Shown one piece after another: positions 11,783-20,751 of a stretch of 51,552 nt of DNA (positions are counted from its first letter, which is position 1; the number at the start of each line of letters is the position of its first letter). The position numbers and the translations under genes were made by a program. Below the pieces are notes generated by a model, which worked only from the letters and a program-made list of their open reading frames with translations, had not been told where the DNA came from and did no database searches. The stretch comes from a virus: the IMG/VR virus record IMGVR_UViG_3300033463_000200; one strand, 5' to 3'.

Positions 11783-12097
11783 ATGAAAATTATAAAACTT
11801 TTATCTGAGGATATAGAACAAGAATTAGATGATGCAGAAAAATATGCTAAATTGGCTATTCAGTATAAAGAAGAATATCCAGAGGTGGCTCGTGTTTTTT
11901 ATGGATTATCTTCAGTAAGAATGGATGGAATTAAAGAATTGCATGATCAAGTTGTGTCACTTATTAATAATTATAAAGTTGTTAATGGAGATCCACCTGC
12001 TCCAATGATGTCTATATATGAATATTTACATGAAAGACATATTAATCAATCTGTTGGAGTTAAGAAACTTCAAGAGATGTTTAAAACAAATAAATAA
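11783..12097 (+). CDS. Hypothetical protein (104 aa).
   Basis: ORF track. ATG follows the previous stop directly. No TAG. Confidence 0.45.
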   Translation: MKIIKLLSEDIEQELDDAEKYAKLAIQYKEEYPEVARVFYGLSSVRMDGIKELHDQVVSLINNYKVVNGDPPAPMMSIYEYLHERHINQSVGVKKLQEMFKTNK

Positions 12098-12104
12098 CAG
12101 AAAA

Positions 12105-12134
12105 ATGGGGATTACCAATTAAGGTAATCCCCAT
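12105..12134. terminator. Bidirectional rho-independent terminator (ATGGGGATTACC..GGTAATCCCCAT) between convergent genes.
   Basis: Perfect 12-bp stem with A/T runs on both sides. Confidence 0.6.
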
Positions 12135-12137
12135 TTT

Positions 12138-13613
12138 TTATTTGATAACAGCGTATCTCTCACTGTTCAGCTTCTCAAGCATCAGGCTCACACCATCCTT
12201 ACCAGAGAGAATAGTATCAATCATAGTAGGTGAGAATCCACTTACATATGAAAAACCTCTTCCAATAGCAGGAATGTTGTTATGACGGGCATCAAGATTC
12301 CAGAAGATAACGTCTGGGAGAGTATAACCGAGTTTTGCCCACTCAATAGCGATAGTGTCAAAAACAGTGTTCATCTGATCCATGGATTTGATAGACCTAT
12401 TATTTGTCGTAACACATCTATCAAATTCCATGTCGGAGAAGATATATAACCTAGTAGGCATATCCTCTTTTCTAACATGATCTTTAAGAGCAGTCTGTAG
12501 AAGAAGTTCAAATACCTTAACGATATTTGTATTCATTCCCCAGTTTGCGTTTTCAGCTCTTTTAAATTTATCTACAATATCCACTCCCTCGAATCTGACA
12601 AGTTCTGGATCACGAGAAAAAGTAATGAAGTGGTTTGCAAAAGGCCCATGAGCCTTATCTGCGACATAAGCACCGAGAGAAACTGCGGCGGCCAGCGGTC
12701 TTCCCCACATTGATCCAGATACGTCGACAACAGCTAAGCCATTCTCTTTGCGGCCTTGGTAATAGTCAGGAAGCGCATCCCAGTATTTCTGGAGAGCGAG
12801 TCTATTAATTCCTCCGACTGGTTCATAGGTTTTAAAAGCCCTTTCCGCAATCTCATAAGGATAAAGAGTCTTTGCGTTTACCTTTGTATCTTTGCTCTTG
12901 ATGAAAGTTTCATACTTTTTAGAGATAATATCTCTACGAGCAAAGGCATTCTTATATACTATTCCTGCTTTTGATGGAATCTTATCAAATTCGATTTCAT
13001 CCCATCTATTCGCAGACATTAACATTTCGAGAACGTTAATTTTCTTTCTAAGTCTAGTCAGCATTTTCCTGTAGTCTCTTGCTGAGATTCCAAGATAATG
13101 CCTAATTTTCTTAGCTTTTGCGACAGTCTCTGCACTGGAAGTGTTTTCAGAAGGAAGCCACTTTGCACACAGACTGATTCCATTAGATTCAGTACGCATA
13201 TCTTCGATAAGCTGGCTCCTAATCTGTTCAAAGACCTCTTTTTCAACAAAAGTATCAAAGAGACAGAACCAGTCATCATATCTACCATATTCAGGAATAT
13301 ACTGAATAAGTGCGGCCGCCCTATCAGGATAATTTTCCGCGAGCCATCTCATACAGGTCCGGAAGAATCTTCTCTCACCCTGGCCCCCGCGCACATCCCG
13401 CAGATAGAATAGACACTTCAGTGCCAGAACACTATCCTGTTCAAAAGCGTTCTTAAAAAGGAGGATACAATCTCCTTCGCTTCTATTACGGTAGGCTCCT
13501 CCCATAGCAAACATGTCTAATACACTATCCAGAGTAGAAAGATGCTTAATCCCGCCATTTTCAGTATAGCCATAGTTCATCTCATTCTTCATTTCATTTA
13601 AAAATGTATTCAT
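12138..13613 (-). CDS. TROVE-like / von Willebrand A (MIDAS motif DVSGSM) domain protein (DUF2828-like, 491 aa). Last gene of the tRNA operon.
   Basis: RBS GGAGATTAAA precedes ATG at 13613 (MNTFLNEM...). The vWA MIDAS motif is VVDVSGSMWGRP. The N-terminal segment LKCLFYLRDVRGGQGERRFFRTCMRWL resembles the Ro60/TROVE FLCFGSEGG motif (recognition from memory). No TAG. Confidence 0.55.
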   Translation of the reverse strand: MNTFLNEMKNEMNYGYTENGGIKHLSTLDSVLDMFAMGGAYRNRSEGDCILLFKNAFEQDSVLALKCLFYLRDVRGGQGERRFFRTCMRWLAENYPDRAAALIQYIPEYGRYDDWFCLFDTFVEKEVFEQIRSQLIEDMRTESNGISLCAKWLPSENTSSAETVAKAKKIRHYLGISARDYRKMLTRLRKKINVLEMLMSANRWDEIEFDKIPSKAGIVYKNAFARRDIISKKYETFIKSKDTKVNAKTLYPYEIAERAFKTYEPVGGINRLALQKYWDALPDYYQGRKENGLAVVDVSGSMWGRPLAAAVSLGAYVADKAHGPFANHFITFSRDPELVRFEGVDIVDKFKRAENANWGMNTNIVKVFELLLQTALKDHVRKEDMPTRLYIFSDMEFDRCVTTNNRSIKSMDQMNTVFDTIAIEWAKLGYTLPDVIFWNLDARHNNIPAIGRGFSYVSGFSPTMIDTILSGKDGVSLMLEKLNSERYAVIK

Positions 13614-13642
13614 TTTAATCTCCTTATCTTTGTCAAGATAGT

Positions 13643-14017
13643 TTAATATATGCAATATGTTTCAACAAAATCTTCAGGATTGTTACATAATTCTCTTTCA
13701 AGTTCTACAAGATCTTTAGACGTATAGTCTTTTTGAAATTCTTCTTTTAATTCATAGATAGCACCATCTATATCTTCGTTATAGACATCGTATCTTAATT
13801 CCTCAATCTCTTCTTCTGACATGTCGTCGGTTTTATAATCTTCTACAGTTTGTTCCAAATCTTCAATTATAGAACTATAAGATGTGATAACATCCATAGA
13901 ATTTTCTAAAAGCCATTCATTAGCTTCTTCTATTGAGGAACATTCTGCAAGAGACCAGTTTTCCATTCCATGAAGCCCGCCATAAATTTGCTCGTAAGCG
14001 TGAATTACATATAGCAT
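13643..14017 (-). CDS. Highly acidic hypothetical protein (124 aa). Possible DNA-mimic-type anti-defence factor.
   Basis: RBS GGAGAAGTAAT precedes ATG at 14017. Very Asp/Glu-rich. The ORF-track N-terminal extension overlaps tRNA-Arg and was rejected. Confidence 0.4.
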   Translation of the reverse strand: MLYVIHAYEQIYGGLHGMENWSLAECSSIEEANEWLLENSMDVITSYSSIIEDLEQTVEDYKTDDMSEEEIEELRYDVYNEDIDGAIYELKEEFQKDYTSKDLVELERELCNNPEDFVETYCIY

Positions 14018-14041
14018 ATTACTTCTCCTTTTGTTAAAAAA

Positions 14042-14113
14042 TACTCCGAGAGGGAATCGAACCCACATTTCATGGTTCGTAGCCATGTAGTCTCTCCGTT
14101 AGCTTATCGGAGT
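14042..14113 (-). tRNA. tRNA-Arg (anticodon ACG).
   Basis: Acceptor ACTCCGA/TCGGAGT pairs perfectly. The anticodon loop is CTACGAA. T-arm GGGTTCGATTCCC. Confidence 0.7.
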
Positions 14114-14291
14114 TTAATGAGGAATTAGTTGGCGCTAATCCTCAATCCTTATATACGCCAATATATAAGGTTTTTGGTTTATGTCGGGAAAACCGTGGCG
14201 CGACACAGTCCGTCATCAGCACCAAAACCCGTTAGATCTAACCTTCTCTCCAACTTTTCGTATGCCACCTACTTCGTTCAAAAGAGAAGAA

Positions 14292-14365
14292 TACCCCAAG
14301 TTGGATTTAAACCAACGACCCTACGCTTAGAAGGCGTATGCTCTAGTCCACTGAGCTACTGGGGC
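14292..14365 (-). tRNA. tRNA-Arg (anticodon TCT).
   Basis: 5' end GCCCCAGTAGCTCAGTGG. Anticodon stem TACGC/GCGTA with loop CTTCTAA. T-arm GTTGGTTTAAATCCAAC. Confidence 0.65.
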
Positions 14366-14513
14366 TAGTCGGCTTTATCGTTAAGCCGTAACGCTGATAG
14401 TGTGGATATTTTCCCAAAGTCTTGCAAGACACTCTTTAAATGGGGTGCGCACTTCTCGACAAGAGTAACATCCTATCAGATTAAGTAAGCCACGATTTCC
14501 GACCGTAGCTTAA

Positions 14514-14584
14514 CAGGATCTAGAGGAATTGAACCCCTGTCTACTGATTTGGAGTCAGTCATGTTACCACTACACCAAGAACCC
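14514..14584 (-). tRNA. tRNA-Trp (anticodon CCA).
   Basis: Anticodon stem ACTGA/TCAGT with loop CTCCAAA. T-arm GGGGTTCAATTCC. The acceptor stem has one mismatch. Confidence 0.55.
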
Positions 14585-14587
14585 ATA

Positions 14588-14664
14588 CAGCCCCTGTTGG
14601 ATTCGAACCAACGACATATCCAGGAGTCAAAGTCCTGTGCCTTGAGCCACTTGGCGAAGGGGCT
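14588..14664 (-). tRNA. tRNA-Gln (anticodon TTG).
   Basis: Acceptor AGCCCCT/AGGGGCT pairs perfectly. Anticodon stem CAGGA/TCCTG with loop CTTTGAC. T-arm GTTGGTTCGAATCCAAC. Discriminator G. Confidence 0.65.
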
Positions 14665-14754
14665 AAGAAGTGGCTTGTCCTGGTTACGCTCCAGGCTCCC
14701 TGGTTCTTCAGACCAGTGCTTTCACTAGATTAGCTTACAAGCCATAGCAAGAGA

Positions 14755-14838
14755 CATTTAAGGATTTGAACCTTTCAAAAAATTTTTGGAGAATTTTTCT
14801 TTAACCATTTTAATAAATATTGCTGTATGTCTCTTTAA
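14755..14838 (-). ncRNA. AT-rich tRNA-like element. The T-arm is AAGGTTCAAATCCTT and a candidate anticodon loop is CTCCAAA. Degenerate or specialised.
   Basis: The acceptor pairing is only partial (AGACATA/AATGTCT). It contains the 18-bp repeat ATTGCTGTATGTCTC at 14818-14835. Confidence 0.25.
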
Positions 14839-14911
14839 AGATCTGTTTCCGACTTGCACGGAAGTCTATCGGGTTGCAGCCGATATGCCCTTCTTATTAG
14901 ACGAACAGATC
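14839..14911 (-). tRNA. tRNA-Cys-like (anticodon GCA) with a noncanonical T-loop (TGCAAGT).
   Basis: Acceptor GATCTGT/ACAGATC pairs perfectly. Anticodon stem ATCGG/CCGAT with loop CTGCAAC. T-arm TTCCG-TGCAAGT-CGGAA. The D-loop lacks a GG. Confidence 0.45.
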
Positions 14912-14948
14912 AATAGAAAGATACGTTTTTCATATCTTTCATAAATAT

Positions 14949-14977
14949 ATTATATCAAAAATTTTAAAAAAAATCAA
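14949..14977 (-). promoter_or_regulatory. Minus-strand sigma70-like promoter (TTGATT-17-TGATATAAT) driving the tRNA cluster 14911-14042 and downstream genes.
   Basis: Member of the repeated motif family TTATTATATCAAAAATTTT (plus-strand view). Confidence 0.6.
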
Positions 14978-14990
14978 TGCGGACGTTACA

Positions 14991-15401
14991 TTACCAGTTA
15001 GTATACACATCTAACGTGTTCCAAGCACATCCACTGTCATAAACTTTTCCTTTTTTACCAAACGGGGTTTTTACAACTCTACCACGTTTTAGTTTAGAAC
15101 TTGCTAAACAAATATATCCTTTCTTATCACAGACATATCCATTCTTATCTACGTGTCTGCCTGGAATTTTTAATCCTCTACCTGGAAGAACGCGTTGTGA
15201 ATACCAAGTCCACCGCCATCCATTCCAGCGAATAACTCCCATTCTTTTAAAGTATTTAGCAGAATATTTTGCTTTTTTCTTTTTCTTTTTTGCTTCGGCA
15301 GTAACAACAAAAGGACTCTTATGATTTAAGTCTGGCATAATAAGAGTCGCTCCAAAAATCAAACTAAGGATTAAAAACAAACTTAATATCTTTTTTCTCA
15401 T
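14991..15401 (-). CDS. Secreted 3D-domain protein (MltA/SpsE-like cell-wall-binding domain). Has a signal peptide.
   Basis: RBS AAAGGAAAA precedes ATG. The N-terminus is hydrophobic. The C-terminus ...VKTPFGKKGKVYDSGCAWNTLDVYT resembles the 3D domain. Confidence 0.5.
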   Translation of the reverse strand: MRKKILSLFLILSLIFGATLIMPDLNHKSPFVVTAEAKKKKKKAKYSAKYFKRMGVIRWNGWRWTWYSQRVLPGRGLKIPGRHVDKNGYVCDKKGYICLASSKLKRGRVVKTPFGKKGKVYDSGCAWNTLDVYTNW

Positions 15402-15479
15402 ATATCTATTTTCCTTTCGTAATAAAAAATAGGGCTGTTTATCTAAATATAAACAACCCTAAATTCCTAAAGCAGACTT

Positions 15480-15827
15480 TTAATTTAGAAACTTACTAAG
15501 GACACTAAGGAAGTCAAAAACATCATTTTCTCCTACGTCGTCACAAGAGAAAGTAGTATGAAAATAACCATAATCTTTAGTAAAATCTGTTAGAAGTTTA
15601 CTAACTTTATTCTGTGCTTCCCTAGCTTCTCTAAAGGCTTCCTCGACCTCTTTCGCACGTCTGGTCCTTTCAGCCCTCTTAGCAGCTTCCGCCCTTTCTT
15701 TTTCCGCACGTGCTTGTTCTGCTTTTGCTTTTGTTATACGTTCTTTTTCTTTTGCTTCATTCTCTGCTTTGATCAGTTCCTGTTCTGAATCAAAAAATTT
15801 GTTTAGATCTGTACTGTAATACTTCAT
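15480..15827 (-). CDS. Coiled-coil protein rich in Ala/Glu/Lys/Arg (115 aa).
   Basis: RBS AAAGGAATT precedes ATG at 15827 (MKYYSTDL...). The upstream ORF-track extension was rejected. Confidence 0.4.
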   Translation of the reverse strand: MKYYSTDLNKFFDSEQELIKAENEAKEKERITKAKAEQARAEKERAEAAKRAERTRRAKEVEEAFREAREAQNKVSKLLTDFTKDYGYFHTTFSCDDVGENDVFDFLSVLSKFLN

Positions 15828-15994
15828 TTTGTTAATTCCTTTCTTAACATATTTGGCGGCTAGCCACTTCCTAGGCATAGCCTGGAACCGCCACTTTGTT
15901 GATGGCACATTTAATCCAGGGATTTCACCGTACTTATTTAATGACTGGCTCGGGAGCTACCCTTACAAGAATCTAAGTTCCTACGGCTACCAGC

Positions 15995-16065
15995 GGTGAC
16001 TACTGGGAATCGAACCCAGATCTTTAGAACCACAATCTAAGGTATTACCATTATACGATAGTCAC
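15995..16065 (-). tRNA. tRNA-His (anticodon GTG).
   Basis: Acceptor GTGACTA/TAGTCAC with discriminator C. Anticodon stem TTAGA/TCTAA with loop TTGTGGT. Confidence 0.7.
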
Positions 16066-16067
16066 AG

Positions 16068-16140
16068 ACGGAGTGATGGGACTCGAACCCACAACCACGT
16101 GATCCCAAATCACGCATGCTACCAGTTGCAACACACCCCG
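16068..16140 (-). tRNA. tRNA-Pro (anticodon TGG).
   Basis: Anticodon stem CGTGA/TCACG with loop TTTGGGA. T-arm TGGGTTCGAGTCCCA. Confidence 0.7.
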
Positions 16141-16689
16141 ATATACAAGACACTTAATGTTTACTATTGCCTTTACCATTTGGCTACTTAAATTTTAAGA
16201 TGAGATTCGAACTCATAATATATAGTCTTCTATAAGAATTGCTGTATGTGTCTTATAATTTTAAATGTAATCTCTTAATCCAAAGAACTATTCATCAGTT
16301 CCTTTGAAATCATTGAAGTTTTCTTTAGTATATCTCTAATCTTTTAGAATATCAACAAGAGAAGATAAGTATCCCTATATTAAAAAAGGTAAGTATAAAT
16401 CTTCTGCTATTGTAAAATAACCTTCGTCATCAAAATCATACTATGTTAAATTTAGAATATTGTCTTCCTATTCAAGACCCATTACATAGAAATTGCCCTA
16501 TTTAAAGGGATAATCTAATATCATTGCACTTTTTCTCATATACATCCCTCTTTCTTTTGTTTTTATACAAGATTGGTAAGAATTTACTTTGTATTTTATT
16601 GTAGTTCAAAAGAAATTCTTTGAAAGAAAGATACTACTTTGCAGCCTTTTTAATCTTCAGATTTTTTATTGCAGTTAACCAACCTTTAA

Positions 16690-16775
16690 CGGAAGTGAGA
16701 GGATTCGAACCTCTGGACCCTCTCGGGTCGGAAGTTTAGCAAACTTCTGCACTAAGCCATACTATGCGACACTTC
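16690..16775 (-). tRNA. tRNA-Ser (anticodon GCT), class II.
   Basis: Acceptor GGAAGTG/CACTTCC. Anticodon loop TTGCTAA. Long variable arm CGACCCGAGAGGGTC. Discriminator G. Confidence 0.75.
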
Positions 16776-16781
16776 CATATA

Positions 16782-16855
16782 ATAGCCCGGCTGGGATTCG
16801 AACCCAGGATCACCAGATTTAGAGTCTGGGGTGTTAAGCCTCTCCACTAACGGGC
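16782..16855 (-). tRNA. Suppressor tRNA (anticodon CTA, reads UAG).
   Basis: Anticodon stem CCAGA/TCTGG with loop CTCTAAA. T-arm CTGGGTTCGAATCCCAG. Acceptor GGCCCGT/CCGGGCT with a G1-U72 pair. Discriminator A. Confidence 0.7.
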
Positions 16856-17436
16856 CAGATTAATATAACAAGACACTAAGTAAATAAACAGTTTACCCAA
16901 AACAGTTTTTTTCTTGTTGATTGCTGTATGTGTCTTAAATGGAGCTGGCCGGTACTGCCCCGGCGTCCAACGATACTACTTATTATAAGTTTTTCCACGT
17001 TGTATCTGTGATAAATAGTTACATTAAAACTATATAAAACTTAAATCAAGCAGCTAACGCTGTAGGATAAAAATAATCGTTTGCGTTTATTTTAATATAT
17101 TGATTACGTCAATTACTCGAACGAACTTATAATTTTTATACCCCTGTCGAAACTATTTACAGCCCCAAACATAATCATATTAAACTTACCTTTATCTAAA
17201 TTACTCAACACCGAAACACTATTAGTTGGTTTGTGTTGCCATCTTCATCATGTGATTACTTAATCCTCATCCACGCCTCATTAAATATAAAAGAAGTCTA
17301 ATATGATTTGTTCGTATTGCCCAGTCTTGTTTTCATGCGCACCGTCACGCAAATATTGCACACAATATCCAAAACCAAACAACCGATTACATTAGTCAAC
17401 GGTGTTATTATATTAAGTAGATCTGGTGTGCCAGAG

Positions 17437-17520
17437 TGCACTCGGTGGGACTTGAACCCACATGAGTATTATCTCCTGGGATTTTAAGTCCCATGCGTAT
17501 GCCAATTCCGCCACGAGTGC
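17437..17520 (-). tRNA. tRNA-Leu (anticodon TAA), class II.
   Basis: Acceptor GCACTCG/CGAGTGC. Anticodon stem TGGGA/TCCCA with loop CTTAAAA. Long variable arm. Discriminator A. Confidence 0.75.
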
Positions 17521-17569
17521 AAACAAAATGGCAGTTTATAAAAACTGCCAAACAACGAGTTACAAATCA

Positions 17570-17938
17570 TTACTGGGCCTGTTCCTTAAGGAACTCGTCA
17601 TATTCATCCTTGAATACCCAGCGGAATCCATAAGCTACACGAGTCTTGGTACGCTTATTCAAAGCATCACCAATACCAGATTTACCTTCCTTACCAATAG
17701 CAGCAAGGGCTTCTTTCTGAGTTGCATACTCTGCAAGAATCTTCCCTGTCTCAATGTCAATCTGGAGAACGCCAGACTTATTCGGGGACTTGCGTTTCTT
17801 AGCAGCTGCCGCATCCTGTTCATCAAGAACTTCAAGAGCATCACTAAGAACTTCAATTACCTGTTCCTGAATACCGGGATCAATCTCACTTGAATTCTGG
17901 AAGTAAAACAACAGTCCATTGATCTTATTTCGATCCAT
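17570..17938 (-). CDS. Small DNA-binding protein with a homing-endonuclease-type NUMOD1/IENR1-like helix-turn-helix. No nuclease domain.
   Basis: RBS GGAGATAGGAAT precedes ATG. IETGKILAEYATQKEALAAIGKEGKSGIGDALNKRTKTRVAYGFRWVF matches the C-terminal DNA-binding motif of phage homing endonucleases. Confidence 0.5.
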   Translation of the reverse strand: MDRNKINGLLFYFQNSSEIDPGIQEQVIEVLSDALEVLDEQDAAAAKKRKSPNKSGVLQIDIETGKILAEYATQKEALAAIGKEGKSGIGDALNKRTKTRVAYGFRWVFKDEYDEFLKEQAQ

Positions 17939-18620
17939 ATTCCTATCTCCTTTTATCTCTTGTTTTGTTAATAAAATAACTTAGTTATATTTATGACAGA
18001 CCTTCGCCTTACTGGTAATAACCTTCGCCTATGTTCAACCAATGAGGAGATATACCTGAGCATTAAAGAGCGACTTTAATGCTATATACCCCATCCGCAT
18101 AGCAGATAAATATGCAATATATCCTATCTGCATAGCAGACAAATCTCATAAAGGATTTGTTACCTTTAACTTTCAGCTACCTTTCAGTTAATATTACGAA
18201 TTTTTTCTTACTGTAAAAAATCCCAATATCAAAGTCAACGCACATTTAGCCTACTCGTACCCTGACCCAATCTTATACCTGACTTTCATCAGTTCAAGTG
18301 CGAAACCTCTTAGTGGATTTCCAAGGTTTGTTTAATTTTCCAGGTCAAACCTAACTTGGATTGGTGCTCTTGTTAAGAACCCCATATTGCGAAGCCGATT
18401 GGAACAGTGTTTTTAGTCGCGATTACACCAGCGCTGTTAACCGAAACCTTTAAGTTCTTAAAGGCGACCTATGTACATCACTGCATAGATTCTTTTTACA
18501 CAAAGGGTATCCTCTTTGTTTCATTATTTCCAATAATGGTTAACACCTCAGCACTATGGAATTAGTGTTTATCACTGAGTTGAATCATAAATATAACTAA
18601 ATTATTTTATTTAGTTAAAG

Positions 18621-18673
18621 TCCCAGGTAAGGATTCGAACCTTACTACTCTAAGAGCAAGCCACTCTGGGAAC
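18621..18673 (-). ncRNA. Truncated tRNA-like element (about 53 nt). The T-arm GTAAGGTTCGAATCCTTAC and acceptor-like ends are present, but there is no complete D/anticodon region.
   Basis: Read directly. Probable tRNA remnant. Confidence 0.3.
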
Positions 18674-18709
18674 CTCTATATTACAACAAAAGAGGGTAAT
18701 GGGTGAAAG

Positions 18710-18782
18710 TCGCGGAAGTGGGATTTGAACCCACGATCTTTTGCTTATGAGGCAAACGAGATGACCCCTTCTCCATTCCGCA
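18710..18782 (-). tRNA. tRNA-Met or Ile2 (anticodon CAT), elongator type.
   Basis: D-stem GAGA/TCTC. Anticodon stem TTTGC/GCAAA with loop CTCATAA. T-arm GTGGGTTCAAATCCCAC. Confidence 0.7.
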
Positions 18783-19068
18783 AAATATATAAAAAATAGC
18801 TTTGTCCATTTCTAGGCTCTCTGACTTTTGTTTATAGCCTGAATTTTTTGGGTCATGACTCCCATCAGATAGTCTGTTATGATCTCTCCCTGCCGACCGC
18901 CACAGTCTGGTGGACTCTCCTAAGGTTAATGTACACTCCTCTTAGGTTACCGTTGCTATCTTTTTGCATCAAGACAGTTTATAAAAAGTGATTCTTTAAA
19001 TGACTAATTTAAAATACCTATTTTTTTATTTTAATGGCTGTAACTGTCTTTCTTTATCTTATACATAT

Positions 19069-19097
19069 ATTATATCAAAAATTTTCGTTTTTGTCAA
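19069..19097 (-). promoter_or_regulatory. Minus-strand consensus promoter (TTGACA-17-TGATATAAT) for the tRNA sub-cluster.
   Basis: The reverse complement of 19061-19105 reads TTGACAAAAACGAAAATTTTTGATATAAT. Confidence 0.65.
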
Positions 19098-19430
19098 AAA
19101 TTTTTGAAATACCCTACGTGGAAATTGCATCCACACTTCATCTGCGCTTTTCTTCTAAAATGAGTTTACTTCGTGCTATGAAGTTCTATCATTAGGGTAC
19201 GCGGGAACAGGTTAATGCAACGTTGGACTAGCCTATTAGCGTATATAACCGGAGTCCGCACTCCTTTTTTCTCCTTTTCTATATGAAGAATAAGTTAGTT
19301 GCAACAGCACTTATTCGTAAAAAGAAGTTAGTGGTATATACCAAAGCGACGAGAAGGTGATGAGCCTTCACTCTAAAGATATTAGAGCCATGGTTATATA
19401 TCTTTAGATTCTCCTCAGGGACGTCGCATA

Positions 19431-19503
19431 TGATCCTGGTGGGACTTGAACCCAACATTACGAGATTGAAAGCCTCGTGACCTAGCCTTTAGTCGACAGG
19501 ACC
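19431..19503 (-). tRNA. tRNA-Glu (anticodon TTC).
   Basis: Anticodon stem CGAGG/TCTCG with loop CTTTCAA. T-arm TTGGGTTCAAGTCCCA. Confidence 0.6.
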
Positions 19504-19626
19504 GAACGGGAATTTACTTTGCCTCTTTATATACCGTTTGTCACAATGCCACATACCTCGCAAGCCAGTGGTAGTTTAATTCCCCAAATCCATGCTAACG
19601 GTGATTTTAATGTCTTATCTGACTAG

Positions 19627-19700
19627 CGACTCTGACGGGATTTGAACCCGTGATCTTCGCCGTGACAGGGCGATGTCCTAAACCACTAGACGACAGAGTC
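19627..19700 (-). tRNA. tRNA-Asp (anticodon GTC).
   Basis: Acceptor GACTCTG/CAGAGTC pairs perfectly. Anticodon loop CTGTCAC. Discriminator G. Confidence 0.75.
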
Positions 19701-19806
19701 AAATTAATAGAGAAACTACTTTCCGCGGCGTGTCCCTTTTCTGGGCCGACTCCCAGCGAGGATTTTTCCTCCCCACCGTTAGGCTGTTACTCATTTCTCT
19801 ATTGTA

Positions 19807-19880
19807 TAGGAGTAGGGGGACTCGAACCCTCAGACTTCTGATCCTAAGTCAGACGCATATGCCAATTCTGCTATACTCCC
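19807..19880 (-). tRNA. tRNA with anticodon TAG (Leu by anticodon) but a class I fold with a short variable arm.
   Basis: Anticodon stem TCTGA/TCAGA with loop CTTAGGA. Acceptor GGGAGTA/TACTCCT. Discriminator A. Confidence 0.55.
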
Positions 19881-19886
19881 AAATAA

Positions 19887-19960
19887 TACTTCTGGTAGGA
19901 TTCGAACCTACAACACCCCGGGTTTGAGCCGATTGCGTCTGCCAGTTGCGCCACAGAAGC
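19887..19960 (-). tRNA. tRNA with anticodon CAA (Leu by anticodon) but a class I fold with a short variable arm.
   Basis: Anticodon loop CTCAAAC. T-arm GTAGGTTCGAATCCTAC. Discriminator A. Confidence 0.5.
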
Positions 19961-19969
19961 ATTTAAGTG

Positions 19970-20041
19970 GATACGGTGGGATTCGAACCCAATCTTTCTC
20001 CTTGCAAGGGAGATGCTTTCCCAATTAAGCTACCGACCCAA
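19970..20041 (-). tRNA. tRNA-Ala (anticodon TGC) with G3-U70. The acceptor stem has two internal mismatches.
   Basis: 5' end GGGTCGGTAGCTTAATTGG. Anticodon stem TCTCC/GGAGA with loop CTTGCAA. Discriminator A. Confidence 0.55.
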
Positions 20042-20388
20042 AATGGTAAGTTGAGTTTATAGTCCCAGGCACTTACCAAGCCACTGGACAAGTCTTTTTT
20101 AATTTGCGAACTTGAGTAAAAAAGACAAAACTCGACTCCTTTAATTTCTTCTCTTCTTATTCGGAAGGAATATGCCGCTGTGACATAACAGCGGATCCCC
20201 TGATAACCAATCTTTGCAACAAGGTGGGCCGGGTCCAGCCCTCAGGTTGTCCATACCATGATGACTAGGTTTCTCGTTCAAACCTAATAAAACGTATAGA
20301 TCCTCATTTCACGCCCGAATCTAGAGCCGGCTGTTCTAACCATCAACAGCTTAGGAACTTGCATTGGTTTGGGGCAAGTCATCCCAAA

Positions 20389-20451
20389 TGACCTTAGAGG
20401 GAATCGAACCCTCTCTTCCACCGGCGTGCTATCCCAATACACTATAAGGTC
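20389..20451 (-). ncRNA. Truncated tRNA-like element (about 62 nt). The acceptor pairs perfectly and the D-arm and T-arm are present, but there is no full-length anticodon arm.
   Basis: Acceptor GACCTTA/TAAGGTC. T-arm GAGGGTTCGATTCCCTC. Confidence 0.3.
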
Positions 20452-20670
20452 TATGTCTTAAACCGTCGTTTAAGACATAAAATATGTTTAAAGTCGTCAC
20501 TCTAAACATAAAGGCAGATCCGGATTTCAAGAACATATTACTCCAAGCACGGGGAATCGAACCTCTTAATATGTCTGACTACCTTAATTCTTTCTTTTGC
20601 TAGCTACCGCCAGCCTTACGAGGAGAAGAAAGATTGAACTTAGGTGGTTTATAGCTTACCACTAACTGCA

Positions 20671-20744
20671 CGGGAACGGGTGGACTCGGACCACCGACAT
20701 CTTGCTTAACAGGCAAGCGTTCTGACCGACTGAACTACGCTCCC
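20671..20744 (-). tRNA. tRNA-Asn (anticodon GTT).
   Basis: Anticodon stem CTTGC/GCAAG with loop CTGTTAA. T-arm GGTGG-TCCGAGT-CCACC. Confidence 0.7.
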
Positions 20745-20751
20745 AATTTAA

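Noticed and set aside
13614-14086. N-terminal extensions of ORFs 12138..13655 and 13643..14086.
   Set aside because: Internal ATGs with good RBSs at 13613 and 14017 give starts that avoid overlap with tRNA-Arg. The extended ORFs run into the tRNA.
15909-15994. Possible additional tRNA between the coiled-coil gene and tRNA-His (GGTAGCC...GGTAGCTCC segment).
   Set aside because: No canonical T-arm and no consistent acceptor pairing could be built by hand. Left for tRNAscan-SE.
17462-17893. Plus-strand ORF 17462..17893 and other ORFs overlapping tRNAs (14129..14368, 19650..19841, 19730..19927, 21511..21867).
   Set aside because: They overlap tRNA genes or are antisense to the NUMOD1-like gene. 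No RBS is present.
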